Source: an uncultured archaeon (GTDB taxonomy: Archaea; Thermoproteota; Nitrososphaeria; Nitrososphaerales; Gagatemarchaeaceae). Taken from it: a stretch of 64,000 nucleotides of DNA. The stretch's first letter is position 1, and each line of letters starts with the position of its first letter. Below, piece after piece: positions 40,359-50,766 of this stretch. The stretch covers positions 1,024,001 to 1,088,000 of the forward strand of contig CAWFOU010000007.1 in NCBI GenBank assembly GCA_963817525.1, read 5' to 3'. The notes under the pieces are model-generated. The model was given only the letters and a program-made list of their open reading frames with translations, did not search any database and was not told the DNA's origin. Position numbers and translations under genes: made by a program.

Positions 40359-40806
40359 AGAGGTGTATGGCGCAGAAGATGGCGCAGTAGATGGGGAACG
40401 TCCCCGACTTGTCCGCGACGAAGGAGACTTTCACGACCTGCCCCGGGGCGATGGACTCCACCGTCTTGTCGAAGTAAGTGCCGACCTGGAACCCGTGGGA
40501 CTCGATGGTGTCCACGTTGCAGACTGTGATCTCGACGGTCTGCCCCTCGGCTACAGATATCACCGGCCACGCCTTGGTCGGGCCCGCCCCCTCGAGGACG
40601 CTGTCGTTGTACCCGTACTGGCTGGCTATTATGAGGAAGCCCCCCGCTGGCCTCAAGCAGCCCGCAGGCAGCTTGGCGGTGGGGAGAGGCCCCTCGGCGG
40701 TCTGGCTAGCGTGCAGGCCACCGACCAGGACCGCTGACGAGGCGACCAGCCCGGCGACCGTCAGGATGGCCAGTGTGAGGCTCGTCATGCTCGTCATGCT
40801 CGTCAT
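40324..40806 (-). CDS. Membrane-anchored cupredoxin with CuA-like site
   Basis: N-terminal TM; HGF ... GTFPIYCAIFCAIHLFM. Confidence 0.85.
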   Translation of the reverse strand: MTSMTSMTSLTLAILTVAGLVASSAVLVGGLHASQTAEGPLPTAKLPAGCLRPAGGFLIIASQYGYNDSVLEGAGPTKAWPVISVAEGQTVEITVCNVDTIESHGFQVGTYFDKTVESIAPGQVVKVSFVADKSGTFPIYCAIFCAIHLFMEYGQLRVSA

Positions 40807-40919
40807 GGCAGAGACACTCGCGACAGCCTAGGCGTGATAAATCCTTCTAGCCCTGCAGACCCGAAAGCGCCCCCTCCGCGGAAAAGGTTTATGGCCAATC
40901 GGGAGTTCGCAAAAAGACG

Positions 40920-41711
40920 ATGAACGGACGCAGCGGGGGCTTCGGGAGGAGCCTGGCAGTCCCCCTCCACGGGGTCTCCTTCATCGGCCTGGCAGTCCTG
41001 ACCTCCTTCTTCGCCTACCTGTGGGGCTCGACCTCCCCCAACCCCGCGGAGCTCCTAGCGCCCGCCCTGTTCTGGTACGCGGTCGCCTTCCTTCTCTTCG
41101 CGTACCCCCTCCGGGGGGCCTTCGAGCTGTTCACCAGGTACATCAGGACGGCCTTCGGGGCCGGGGTCTTCGCCCTCTATCTCGTCGCGCACGTCCTCCT
41201 CTACGGTTTCATGCTGGAGAGCATACTCGTCTCGTTCTTCGACCGCCCGTTCGTCTCGGCCACGACCAGCGTCTATGTGACGACGTCGGTCTTCGCCCCG
41301 CCGTCGCTCCTGAACTCTCTCGCCGGCCTCTGGTTCAACCCATGGGTCACCCTGACCGTCCCTCCGCTCTTCAGCGACGCGCTCAGCCTGTACAGCGTGG
41401 TGGTCGCAGTCATCATCGCGGTCCTCATCGTCGCGAACATCGGCAAGACCCGCGAGCTGGGCAAGGCCTGTTCGACGCGGCTAAGATCGCGGACCATGGT
41501 CGTCTTCCCCGCCCTCGGCATAGCCCTGGGCGCGTCGTGCTGCCTGAGCGTCCCGATACTCTTCACCATCGCGGCGCCCTCCGCGATCGCCCTGAGCTCC
41601 TCCCTGTGGCTCTACGACGCCACCTACTTCCTCTTCCCTCCGTTCGCCATCGTCCTGCTGTACCTCAACCTCTACTCCGTCGACAAGATAGTTGCCAGGG
41701 TGGCGCAGTAG
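40920..41711 (+). CDS. Membrane protein with GASCCLS motif (paralog A)
   Basis: About 6 TM; ANIGKTRELG and LGASCCLSV. Confidence 0.75.
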   Translation: MNGRSGGFGRSLAVPLHGVSFIGLAVLTSFFAYLWGSTSPNPAELLAPALFWYAVAFLLFAYPLRGAFELFTRYIRTAFGAGVFALYLVAHVLLYGFMLESILVSFFDRPFVSATTSVYVTTSVFAPPSLLNSLAGLWFNPWVTLTVPPLFSDALSLYSVVVAVIIAVLIVANIGKTRELGKACSTRLRSRTMVVFPALGIALGASCCLSVPILFTIAAPSAIALSSSLWLYDATYFLFPPFAIVLLYLNLYSVDKIVARVAQ

Positions 41712-41715
41712 GACC

Positions 41716-42646
41716 CTAGGCGCGGAAGGTCTCGCCGAGGCCCGCGCCCGTGAGCACGGCGTCGAAGTAGATTAGGGTCTCAGCGACGAGGGAGAGCGCC
41801 AGCAAGAGGTAGTCCCCGTCGACGAGCCAGACCAGGAACCCGACCATCATCACGGCGTTCGCGATGATGAACACCCCGAGGTAGCTCAGCAGCGGCCTGT
41901 CGCGCTCCGTCCTGGTGCGCAGGTAGTAGAGGGCGAAGACGACCAGCCCGGTCATCACCGCCGCCTCGAGGTAGACCGTATAGGTCTCCCAGACCCGCGA
42001 CTCGACGGCCGTGGGGGTGAGGAGCATCACGAGCGCCTGGATCGCCAGGACCTTGAGGAGGTCGCTCCGCAGAGACCTGCGCAGGGCGAGCAGGGTGAAC
42101 CCCATCTCGCCGACCATCGTGAAGACGAACCAGTATGAAGTGATGCTGTACTCGAGCTCCTTCGCGACGTCCACGGCCGAGTACCCTGCCGTCAGCCCTA
42201 TCAGGCCGGCCGCGAGGTTGAACGTCCAGCCCATGAAGAGCTCGCTCAGGAGCAGAAGGACTACGTAGGCCGCCCTAAGCTGCGAGGTGTGGCTCAGGAG
42301 GAAGGAGAAGGGCTCCGGTCCGGTCCTGCCGGGCTCTGTCTGTATCACGACCTGAGCGACGTAGAGCCCCGCTATGGGCATCATCCCCACGGCCATGAAC
42401 ACGGCGATCTCCCAGATGACGACGTCGCTGATCCCAAAGCTGAGCGCGGTGAGGTAGAGGTAGGCCGGTCCGACGAGCATGGCCACCATCATGCCGAGCA
42501 GGATGAGCATGATCGACGCGTCTATCCCGGTCTTCGCCTTGACCGCCTTGGTCAAGACCCAGCTGATGAACGCCACCATCAAGAGCGCGACAGGCGCCAG
42601 GTAGCGGTCGGTGTCGGCCTGCGCGAGGGAGACTAGCGAGCCGCAT
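41716..42646 (-). CDS. Membrane protein paralogous to the N-terminal half of the adjacent polyferredoxin (probable 5' frameshift)
   Basis: SELFMGWTF, SYWFVFTMVGEM and VMLLTPTA match motifs in 43287-44699; SD GGAGGTG upstream. Confidence 0.7.
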
Positions 42647-42758
42647 CACCTCCCAGCGTGGCGCGGAGCGGAATAGCTCTCGCCTTTAGCTCAGACAACT
42701 GGGAAGACCGCCACTCCTACCGATAGATAACTGGACGGTCGGCGCCGCCCCGACGGGC

Positions 42759-44805
42759 CTAGCCGCTTCCCTCTCCCGTGAACCGGAAGTCTATCGGGCT
42801 CTCGGAGGGGCCTTGGCCCGAGGGGTGGGCGAGCGGTGGCAGGGGCATGTTGAGCTTCATCCTGATCCAGTTCCTCACGTCGAAGAAGAAGACGTTGTTG
42901 TAGGGGCAGGCAGAGACGCAGTCCCCGACGCCTATGCACTTGAAGCTCCTGAACTCCCCCTTCTCGATGAACGCGCCGGGCATGTCCGTGAGGCCGACGG
43001 GGCAGACCTTGGCGCAGTCCTTGGTCTTGCAGTCCATGCACGTGTCGCTACTCTTCACCTTTATCCTGAAGAGGCCCACCCGAGAGATGAGCTGGTTGAA
43101 GGCGCCCCAGCCGCAAACCCCCGTGGTTGCGCACCCATACGTCCCGACGAACGGGGTCATTATCCAGACGACGTACCAGAGGAAGCTGAAGTAGAACGCG
43201 TAGAGGAAGTAGCTCGGTGTCCTGGCCGAAGAACGTGATGTTCGAGGACCCCACCGATGTCAGGTAGGAGATGGCGGCCGTCGCAATCAGGGAGCCCCAA
43301 ACCAGCGTGATCGACTATCTTGTAGGCGGAGGGGATCCTGCTCGTGAGGTACTTCCTGCCGAGCTTGGATGTCCTGTTGAACTTGCTCATCGCGTCGAGG
43401 GTTGTTCCCTGGTACATCAGCGCGGCAGTGCAGAACAGAGAGCAGACCTGCCTGCTTCCGAAGAGGAACGAGAGCCCCCCGGAGATCAGGTAAGTCCCAA
43501 CCAGTGCGAGGATGACCGCTGGGGCGAGCGCCCCGGCGGTGCCCAGCCCCATGCTCCAGCCTATCCAGGGTATCGAGGGGAGCACCGCCCCGAGGACGAA
43601 GACCGGCAGGAAAAGGCTGTAGAGTCGCATAGGCGACTATCACAAGCACGAGCCTGATCTTGGTCTCGGTCTCTCTGGCGTATCTTATCTTGAAGACGAC
43701 GAGGGAGCCCATCTCTATCCCCATCATGGCCAGGAAGAGGAAGGACGCCGTGATGCTTGCGACGAACACGATAAAGTCGTAGAGCGCCGCGCCCACCACG
43801 GTCGTTGCCGAGCCAGCGAGCGAGGCGAAGGGAAGGCCGGTGAAATAAGAGGTCCCGTTCGCCTGGATGTCCAGGACCCCGCCCATGAAGAATTCGGCGA
43901 CGAAGACCGAGAGGAGGAGTGCGAAGGCCCAGTTAGGCATCGACAGCCATCCCTGCAGTGGAGGCGCGGAGAGCCTCTTTTCGTCCAGGACAATGGAGAA
44001 GTAGACGACCATCTCAGCTACGATCGAAGCTACGAACACAGTGGCGTCGCCATAGAGGAGCCACACGAACAATCCCGCCATCATCAGGGCGTAGGCGCCC
44101 AGCAAGCGGACGACGTAACTCAGCGCCCCTGCGGCCACCGTCTGGTTCTTGTAGAGGTACTCGAAGATGAAGATGATCGCGACTATCATCGCTCCGCTGT
44201 TTCCCCACAGCGCCCAGTACGCCCAAGATGAGTTGCTTATCGCGGTCGGGGAGAGGACCATTATGACGGTCTGCACCGCCACGAGCCAGCGGAAGTTCCT
44301 GGGGAACCTCCTCCCCACCAGGTAGAGGGTGACGGCCATCTCCGAGGCCATAGTGAAGATGAACCAGTACGAACTCATGGAGTCGACGAGCGAAGAGAGG
44401 ACGCTCTGCGTGGTGGTGGAGGCAACGCCAGAAACGAGCGCGAAGGTCCACCCCATGAACGCCTCCGAGAGCATCGCGAGGACGATCACCGCTGCAAACA
44501 CCAGCGACGTCGACGAGATGGAGCTCCCCTTCCGAGTCTCGTCGAGCGGCCTGTCTCCCCTGAAGAGCGCAGCCAGGATAGGAATCAGCCCGATGCTCAT
44601 GGAGATCATGTTGAGGGCCACAAGCTCGAATAGCGTGACGAAGCTCGGGAAATACTGGTAGATCACCGCGCTCAAGAACATCGAGGCCATCATCACCATC
44701 AGGAAGAGGACCAGTCCCGGCGTCAGTCAACGTCTTGACTGTGGAGCCTCTCTTGAGCAGCCACGCGGTGAGCAGCGCCATCAGCGCGGCTATCGCCCAG
44801 AGCAC
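42759..44805 (-). CDS. Multi-pass membrane 4Fe-4S polyferredoxin (CcoG/NapH/SoxI-like), broken by several frameshifts
   Basis: Joined from several frames; VCSLFC, GCATTGVC, CMDCKTKDCAKVCP, CIGVGDCVSACP. Confidence 0.75.
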
Positions 44806-45028
44806 GAACGAGTCCAGCCTAGAAGGCCTCCATCGGACGTCCTACCATCTGCGTCCCTCGACGCGATCTAGAGCCAAAGCTGCGTGCGCGAGCGCGACCC
44901 CCATCCTCGCCGGGAGGACACTCCTGGCAAACACGTCTCGAGAACGCTCAGAATGCACTTTAACCGTTATGGCTCAAAGGGCGAAATCGCGCCAAGGTTA
45001 AATCGACGGTCGAGCATCTTCCTGGCCG

Positions 45029-45397
45029 TTGCTGACGATCGCCCTCTACTACGGCGACCTCGTGGAGGTTGCCCTGGCCGTCATCTCGGCTGCCCTCACG
45101 GTCGTCTCGATAGGCTCGTATAGGAAAAGGTCGGGGGCAAGGTTTCTGCTGCTCGCGCTCGCCTTCGTCCTTCTGTGCGTCGTCTCGGTCAGCACGGCAC
45201 TCTTGGAGCTCCTCGTGGATCTGGGGCCTGCGGCTATCCGGTTCGTGGAGGTGTACCTTAACCCCTCGCTGGAGCTCATGATGGCAGTTTGCCTCCTCCT
45301 CGCAGTGACGTGGTCCACCAAGTCGCGAAACCCACTGACAATAGCGGTCTCAGCGGCGCAATCGCAATCAGATAGGACGCGTAGAGAGCCCGAGTAG
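45029..45397 (+). CDS. Small 3-TM membrane protein
   Basis: SYRKRSGARFLLLALAF pattern; TATA at ~44997. Confidence 0.65.
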   Translation: MLTIALYYGDLVEVALAVISAALTVVSIGSYRKRSGARFLLLALAFVLLCVVSVSTALLELLVDLGPAAIRFVEVYLNPSLELMMAVCLLLAVTWSTKSRNPLTIAVSAAQSQSDRTRREPE

Positions 45398-45404
45398 CCG
45401 TCGC

Positions 45405-46190
45405 TCAGACGTTCGCAGGGAGCCTGCGCATGGAGCGCAGGTTCAGGTATAGCACCGCCACAGCGATGCACGGGAAGAGGAAGTAGGTGACGTAGTAGAT
45501 CCAGGGCGAGGAAGTCAACACCGCGGCCGCCGGCGCGGCGAGGCTGATGAGCCCCGCCACGGACAGGCAGCACGAAGCGCCCAAGACGATGCCCACTGCA
45601 GGGAGCACGACGAACGCCCTCGCCTTGTTCGTCCCCGTCCGGAGCTTGCCGAGTTCCCTGGTCCTGCCGATGTTGGCGACGACGAGGACGGCGATGACGA
45701 GAGCGACGGCGATGCTGTAGAAGCTCAGCGCCGCAGAGAATATGGGCGGCGCGGTCAGCACGATTATCGGGTTGTACGCGATGTCGAACGCGACGCTCAC
45801 AGGGGACGGCGGGCTGAAGAGGTTCGTCGTGACGAACAATCCGGCCGTGGCCGCGAAGGCGCCTATCCCGTAGTAGGAGGCGAGGATGACGTCGAAGAGG
45901 AAGCCGTAGAGCAACAGGTGTATCGATATGTAGACGACGAACGCCGCCGCGCCGAGGGTGGTCCGGATGGACTTTGCGAACTCCCGGGCGGCGTCGCGAA
46001 ACGGGATGGCGAGCAGGAAGAAGACCGCGGCGACCCAGAAGACGGCCGGGCCGGCGACCTCGTCCACGTTGAGGGAGACCTCTCCGAGGGAATAGCCTAG
46101 GCCTACCAGCGCCGTGCCCATCACGGCGACGACGAGCGCGGAGATGGCCGGGCCGCGCCTGCTGGCCCTCAGGTGGCTCGCTTCGTCCAT
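45405..46190 (-). CDS. Membrane protein with GASCCLS motif (paralog B)
   Basis: ANIGRTRELG and LGASCCLSV; colinear with 40920-41711. Confidence 0.75.
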   Translation of the reverse strand: MDEASHLRASRRGPAISALVVAVMGTALVGLGYSLGEVSLNVDEVAGPAVFWVAAVFFLLAIPFRDAAREFAKSIRTTLGAAAFVVYISIHLLLYGFLFDVILASYYGIGAFAATAGLFVTTNLFSPPSPVSVAFDIAYNPIIVLTAPPIFSAALSFYSIAVALVIAVLVVANIGRTRELGKLRTGTNKARAFVVLPAVGIVLGASCCLSVAGLISLAAPAAAVLTSSPWIYYVTYFLFPCIAVAVLYLNLRSMRRLPANV

Positions 46191-46382
46191 GTCTATCGAA
46201 ACCCTTACCGTGTAGACATAAGGCTTTGCGGGCGCCGCGGGCCGAGCGCGACATCGAGGTCTCCCCTGAAATCGATTAAATACGAACGCGCCTGGGAATC
46301 CGACGTGTCTCGGCACGCGGGCGCGTCGTTTGGGAGGGGGCAGAACAGCGTCATCGCCGCCGAGACAAGGAGAGCGTAATCG

Positions 46383-46832
46383 ATGTCATCATCGTCGCTG
46401 GGCACGAGAGGCTTCACCAGGATCATCGTGGCCGTGGATGGCTCAGAGGTCTCCCTCAGGGCCGCCGAGCACGCGACGCGAATCGCCAAGCAGGACGGCG
46501 CTGAGCTGGTCGCCCTCCACGTCGTGCCGGTCCCTCCCTTCGAGGTGAAGGGGGACCTCGCCGATATCTACGCGAGCGCAAGAAGGGACGCGAAGAAGTG
46601 GATGAAGGACGTGGAGGATATTGCGACGAGGAGCGGGATCGGCGTAAAGACAGAGGTAGTCGTCGGCGCGTACTCCGTGGTCGACGCGATTCTGGGATAT
46701 GCGGAGACGGTCAAGGCTGACCTCATCGTCACGGGGACTCGGGGGACGACTCCCTCGAGGAGGATGCTCGTCGGGAGCGTGGCCGACGGATTGGTCGAGT
46801 ACGCCGCATGCGCCGTCCTCGTCATACGCTGA
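46383..46832 (+). CDS. Universal stress protein
   Basis: IIVAVDGSE, DLIVTGTRG, LVGSVA..LV..A.CAVLVIR. Confidence 0.95.
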   Translation: MSSSSLGTRGFTRIIVAVDGSEVSLRAAEHATRIAKQDGAELVALHVVPVPPFEVKGDLADIYASARRDAKKWMKDVEDIATRSGIGVKTEVVVGAYSVVDAILGYAETVKADLIVTGTRGTTPSRRMLVGSVADGLVEYAACAVLVIR

Positions 46833-46856
46833 GCAGGGTCCGGATAGCGCTCCAAC

Positions 46857-48475
46857 TTGGCAGTAGCTAGGCTAGTCAGGGTGAGGCTGGAAGCGCCCAG
46901 GGGCGATGTGGGGGTGCTCCTCGCGGAGCTCATAAAATTCGCGGAGTTCCACCCCTCGAGGAGCCAGGGGATGGTGCAGGACATCGGCATACTCCTCCTG
47001 GCCTCGGAGGCCCAGGACATCTACACCAAGGCCGGCGACCTGCTCAGCAGCAAGAGCGGGGTGAGGACCGCGGAGGGCAAGAAGAAGGAGGTGGAGAGGT
47101 TCGAAGCCCACGACATCGAAGGCCTGCTAAAAGTGCTGGAGGAATACCTCGGCACGATCGAGGGGAACCTGTCGCTCTTCAAGGAAGAGAAGGACAAGCT
47201 CGGGGTCACCGAGGTACTCCTCGCCATCCAAGAGGCCTCGCTGATGGTGTTCACCGACCTGCAGAGGATATTCGTCTACCCCCTCGACGGAGGGAGGCTG
47301 AGGCTCGAGGGGTTCGTCCCCGCGCACTCTCTCGGGTCGTTCAGAAACTCCCTGGGCAGCTACCTGGTCTCCGAGGAGCCGGTCAAGACGCAGGGCAAGG
47401 AGGTGGCCTACGTCCCGACCCTCCTCGTGAACCCTCGGCTCGTCTCGGTGTTCGAGAGCATAACCCTCATGCGAGGCCTCCCTCGATACGGGGAGGTCGA
47501 CCCAACGCCCATCCTCGCGTTCGTCTTCCCCTTCTTCTTCGGAATAATGTTCGCCGACGTGGGCCACGGGATTGCCCTCCTCGCCCTCGGCCTGTACCTG
47601 GTCTACCGGACCGCCTACAAGTCTTGGGGGAAGCAGATCATCGTCTTGAGCTTCTCCACGGCCCTTTTCGGCTTCATCAGGGGGTCGTTCTTCGGCGTCG
47701 TGTTCACCTCGCCCCTGGAAGAGTTTCGTCAAGCTCCCGCAAGGCCATCACCGCGGGTTTCACTCTCTCCTCGATCCCGTTCCTCTTGGAGGTCGCGATA
47801 GCGATAGGCACCTTCCACCTCGCGAGCGCGTACGCCATCGCCTTCGTCAACCAGGAGAGGGCCGGAAACTACCTGGACGCCTTCCTCGACAGGCTGCCTA
47901 CCGTCGTGCTGTACTGCTTCCTCGTGCCGCTCGGCCTCGCCGCGGCCGGGACCATCCTCGACCTCGGCGCCCTCTTCACGAGCAGCGCGCCCACGCCCCT
48001 CTTCAACGACCTTCTCGGGCTGGACATCCCGGTCTCCGCGACCGCGCGCCTCTGCGTCCCTGTCGTCTTGGGCGCGCTGCTAGTGCTCGTCGCGGGGGAG
48101 CCCATTCGCGAATACCTGCCCACCCGGAAGTGGAGGAGCGCGGTCAGGGGGCTGGGCGCGGGACTTCTGCAAGGGGTGGCGAAGCCCTTCGAGTTCTTCG
48201 TGAACACCCTGAGCTATGTCAGGCTCGGAGTCCTGCTGATCACGACCACGCTGCTGGGGAGCCTGGTCGCGGGCGTCCTGTCGTACGGCGTCGTCGGCAT
48301 AGTCCTGGCGGTCTTCCTCAACATAGCCGTGATGAGCCTGGAGGGCCTGATCGTCTACCTGCAAGACATGAGGCTGCAGCTCTACGAGTGGCTCTCGCAG
48401 TTCTACGCAGGGACGGGTACGCCGTTCACGCCCCTCGTCTCCGGCGGAAGCCACTTCAGCGCAAGCTGGACTTGA
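46857..48475 (+). CDS. A/V-type ATPase subunit I-like protein, frameshifted near 47719-47743
   Basis: PRYGEVDPT, FFGIMFADVGHG, NTLSYVRL, MRLQLYEW; two single-base insertions relative to copy 2. Confidence 0.85.
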
Positions 48476-48485
48476 CTCCCCGACG

Positions 48486-48521
48486 CTCTTAGTTCTGGGA
48501 ATCGTGTTCCCCGTTTAAGTA
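48486..48521 (+). promoter_or_regulatory. Regulon site A + TATA upstream of SDR
   Basis: CTCTTA-gttc-TGGGAATC, 10 bp, TTTAAGTA. Confidence 0.6.
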
Positions 48522-48552
48522 GAAGGGGGCGTCCGAAGGTGCGAAGCTCGCG

Positions 48553-49344
48553 TTGCAATCAACCAGAGGCTCACAGAGTGGCGAGAAGGCGCTGGACGGC
48601 AAGGTCGCCCTGATAACCGGGGCGGGTTCGGGTGTGGGCAGGGCGACTGCCAACCTCTTCGCCAAGAACGGGAGCTCCGTGATCGTGGTCGACCTCCTCC
48701 CCGACAGGGTCAACCAGGTCGTCGCCGAGATAAAGTCTGCCGGAGGCAGCGCGACGGGGGTGGTGATCGACCTCTCTATAGGCACGGAGGTCGACCGGAT
48801 GGTCGACGAGGCCTTGAGGTCCTCCGGGAGGGTGGACATACTGCACAACAACGCGGGCATAATGGACGGCGTCAGGCCCGTGGCCGACACGCCCGACGAG
48901 GTCTGGGAGAAGGTGATGAACATCAACATCAACGCCCCCTTCCGGGCGAGCAGGCGGGTCATCCCCTCTATGCTCAAGCAGGGGGGAGGGGTGATAGTCA
49001 ACACCGCCTCGGTGGCGGGTCTCTTCGGGGGAGTGGCGGGCGCCGCGTACACGGTCTCGAAGCACGCGCTCATCGGGCTGACCCGAAACACGGCCGCCTT
49101 CTACGGCTCAAAGGGGATCAGGTGCAACGCCATGGTGCTGGGAGCGGTGAACACGAACATAGGGGTCGGGAGCGCGCAGCCCAACCCGCTCGGGATGGAG
49201 CAGCTCGGCAAGGTAGCTTCCCTTGTCCCCAGGGTTGCCGAGCCCAGCGAGATAGCCGAGCTAGCGCTGTTCCTGGCCTCGTCCAGGTCGAGCTACGTCA
49301 ACGGCTCGTGCATAGTGATCGACGGCGGCTGGACGGTCTTCTAG
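48553..49344 (+). CDS. SDR-family oxidoreductase
   Basis: TGAGSGVG, NNAG, YTVSK, IDGGW. Confidence 0.95.
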   Translation: MQSTRGSQSGEKALDGKVALITGAGSGVGRATANLFAKNGSSVIVVDLLPDRVNQVVAEIKSAGGSATGVVIDLSIGTEVDRMVDEALRSSGRVDILHNNAGIMDGVRPVADTPDEVWEKVMNININAPFRASRRVIPSMLKQGGGVIVNTASVAGLFGGVAGAAYTVSKHALIGLTRNTAAFYGSKGIRCNAMVLGAVNTNIGVGSAQPNPLGMEQLGKVASLVPRVAEPSEIAELALFLASSRSSYVNGSCIVIDGGWTVF

Positions 49345-49417
49345 CAGAGTGCGCCTTCTGAAGAAGGCGTCCGGTCGCCGCAGATCGTAAGATGGCATCG
49401 ATGCCGGTGACGTTGGA

Positions 49418-50095
49418 ATGACCAAAATGGGAGCTGACCTCGACGGGATGTCCGTCCGCGAGGTGGAGGTCGAGTCCTACTCGGTCACTCTTCCGGGAAT
49501 ACTGACGCTGCCGAAAAGGAAACCGAAGGCGGTCGTCGTCTTTGCTCACGGGAGCGGCAGCAGCCGCCTAAGTCCGAGAAACGCCTACGTCTCGACGGCG
49601 CTCAACGAGGCTGGCTTCGGAACCCTGCTCTTTGACCTGCTCACGAGCAAGGAGGACGCGGTCTACGACAACCGCTTCGATATCGACCTCCTCGCGGAGC
49701 GCTTGACCGCCGCGACAGCATGGCTGCGCGACCAGCAGGGCGTGGCGGGTCTCGACGTGGGGTACTTTGGCGCCAGCACGGGCGCGGCGGCTGCTCTCCA
49801 GGCATCGGTCAGACGAAAGGAGGTCAGAGCGGTGGTCTGTCGGGGTGGGAGGCCCGACCTCGCTTGGGACTACCTCGACCGCGTGGAGGCTCCCACGCTC
49901 CTCATAGTCGGAGGGAGCGACGACAAGGCCGTCCTAGAGTTCAACCAGCGGGCCCTCGGACGGCTGAATCTCGGTGGCGAAAAGAGGCACAACGACCTCG
50001 TCATAATCCCAGGTGCGACCCACCTCTTCGAAGAGCCGGGAGCGCTCGAGGAGGTGGCAAGGGTGGCCACAAACTGGTTCCTGAAGTTCCTCTGA
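49418..50095 (+). CDS. Dienelactone-hydrolase-like alpha/beta hydrolase
   Basis: FAHGSGSSR.SPRN, GASTGA, RGGRPDL, GATHLFEE. Confidence 0.9.
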   Translation: MTKMGADLDGMSVREVEVESYSVTLPGILTLPKRKPKAVVVFAHGSGSSRLSPRNAYVSTALNEAGFGTLLFDLLTSKEDAVYDNRFDIDLLAERLTAATAWLRDQQGVAGLDVGYFGASTGAAAALQASVRRKEVRAVVCRGGRPDLAWDYLDRVEAPTLLIVGGSDDKAVLEFNQRALGRLNLGGEKRHNDLVIIPGATHLFEEPGALEEVARVATNWFLKFL

Positions 50096-50140
50096 GAGGG
50101 ACCACGAGCCCCGTCTCCCTCCCCGCACTATCCGTCAGGG

Positions 50141-50176
50141 TTGCCAAGACTGAGAATCGTAGCCCTGGTTTTTAAG
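50141..50176 (+). promoter_or_regulatory. Regulon site B + TATA upstream of CBS-radical SAM
   Basis: TTGCCA-agac-TGAGAATC, 10 bp, TTTTTAAG. Confidence 0.6.
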
Positions 50177-50207
50177 AGCGCGAGTAATCAAGGCGTCGCA
50201 GAGCCAG

Positions 50208-50723
50208 ATGTCACTTATCGATGCTCCCGTGAGAGGCGTCATGACCAAGGATGTGAAGACGATTGAGGCGACCAAGCCGCTTGCAGACTGCGTCAAGATC
50301 ATGGGGGACGCCAACATCGGGAGCGTGGTGGTAGTGGGGAAGGACAAGACGCCCGTCGGGATATTCACGGAGAGGGATCTGGTGAGGAAGATGGCCGAGA
50401 AAGGCCACGGAATCCTCGCACTCCCTATGGCGCAGACCATGAGCAAACCCTTGACGATCATCTCCCCGGTCGCGACGATCTGGGACGCGCTCACCCTCAT
50501 GGGGAGGGCTGGCATAAGGCGGCTCCCCGTCGTGGAGAACGGCCGCCTGGTCGGGATACTTACCGAGAGGGACGTCTTCCACCTCATTCTGGCTCGCCAG
50601 AGCCTCCTGCTCGAGTCCGTGTCCGAGTCTCTCCCGACGGCCACGAGGGAGCAGCTGAAGGACATGACCCAACGGTTCGGACTCGGGAGCCCTCCCGGCC
50701 GGGCGAGCGGAGCCGGCGAGTAA
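50208..50723 (+). CDS. CBS-domain protein
   Basis: VGIFTERD, RRLPVV, VGILTERD. Confidence 0.92.
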   Translation: MSLIDAPVRGVMTKDVKTIEATKPLADCVKIMGDANIGSVVVVGKDKTPVGIFTERDLVRKMAEKGHGILALPMAQTMSKPLTIISPVATIWDALTLMGRAGIRRLPVVENGRLVGILTERDVFHLILARQSLLLESVSESLPTATREQLKDMTQRFGLGSPPGRASGAGE

Positions 50724-50766
50724 TCTCATCTAGAGGCCCGGGTCTGCCCATAGCGGGGATTCAGGA

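Larger units (their letters stand above)
46270..48476 (+). repeat. Copy 1 of ~2.2 kb inverted duplication (promoter-usp-atpI-like)
   Basis: Colinear with the reverse complement of 55077-57274, including promoter GATTAAATACGAA. Confidence 0.92.
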
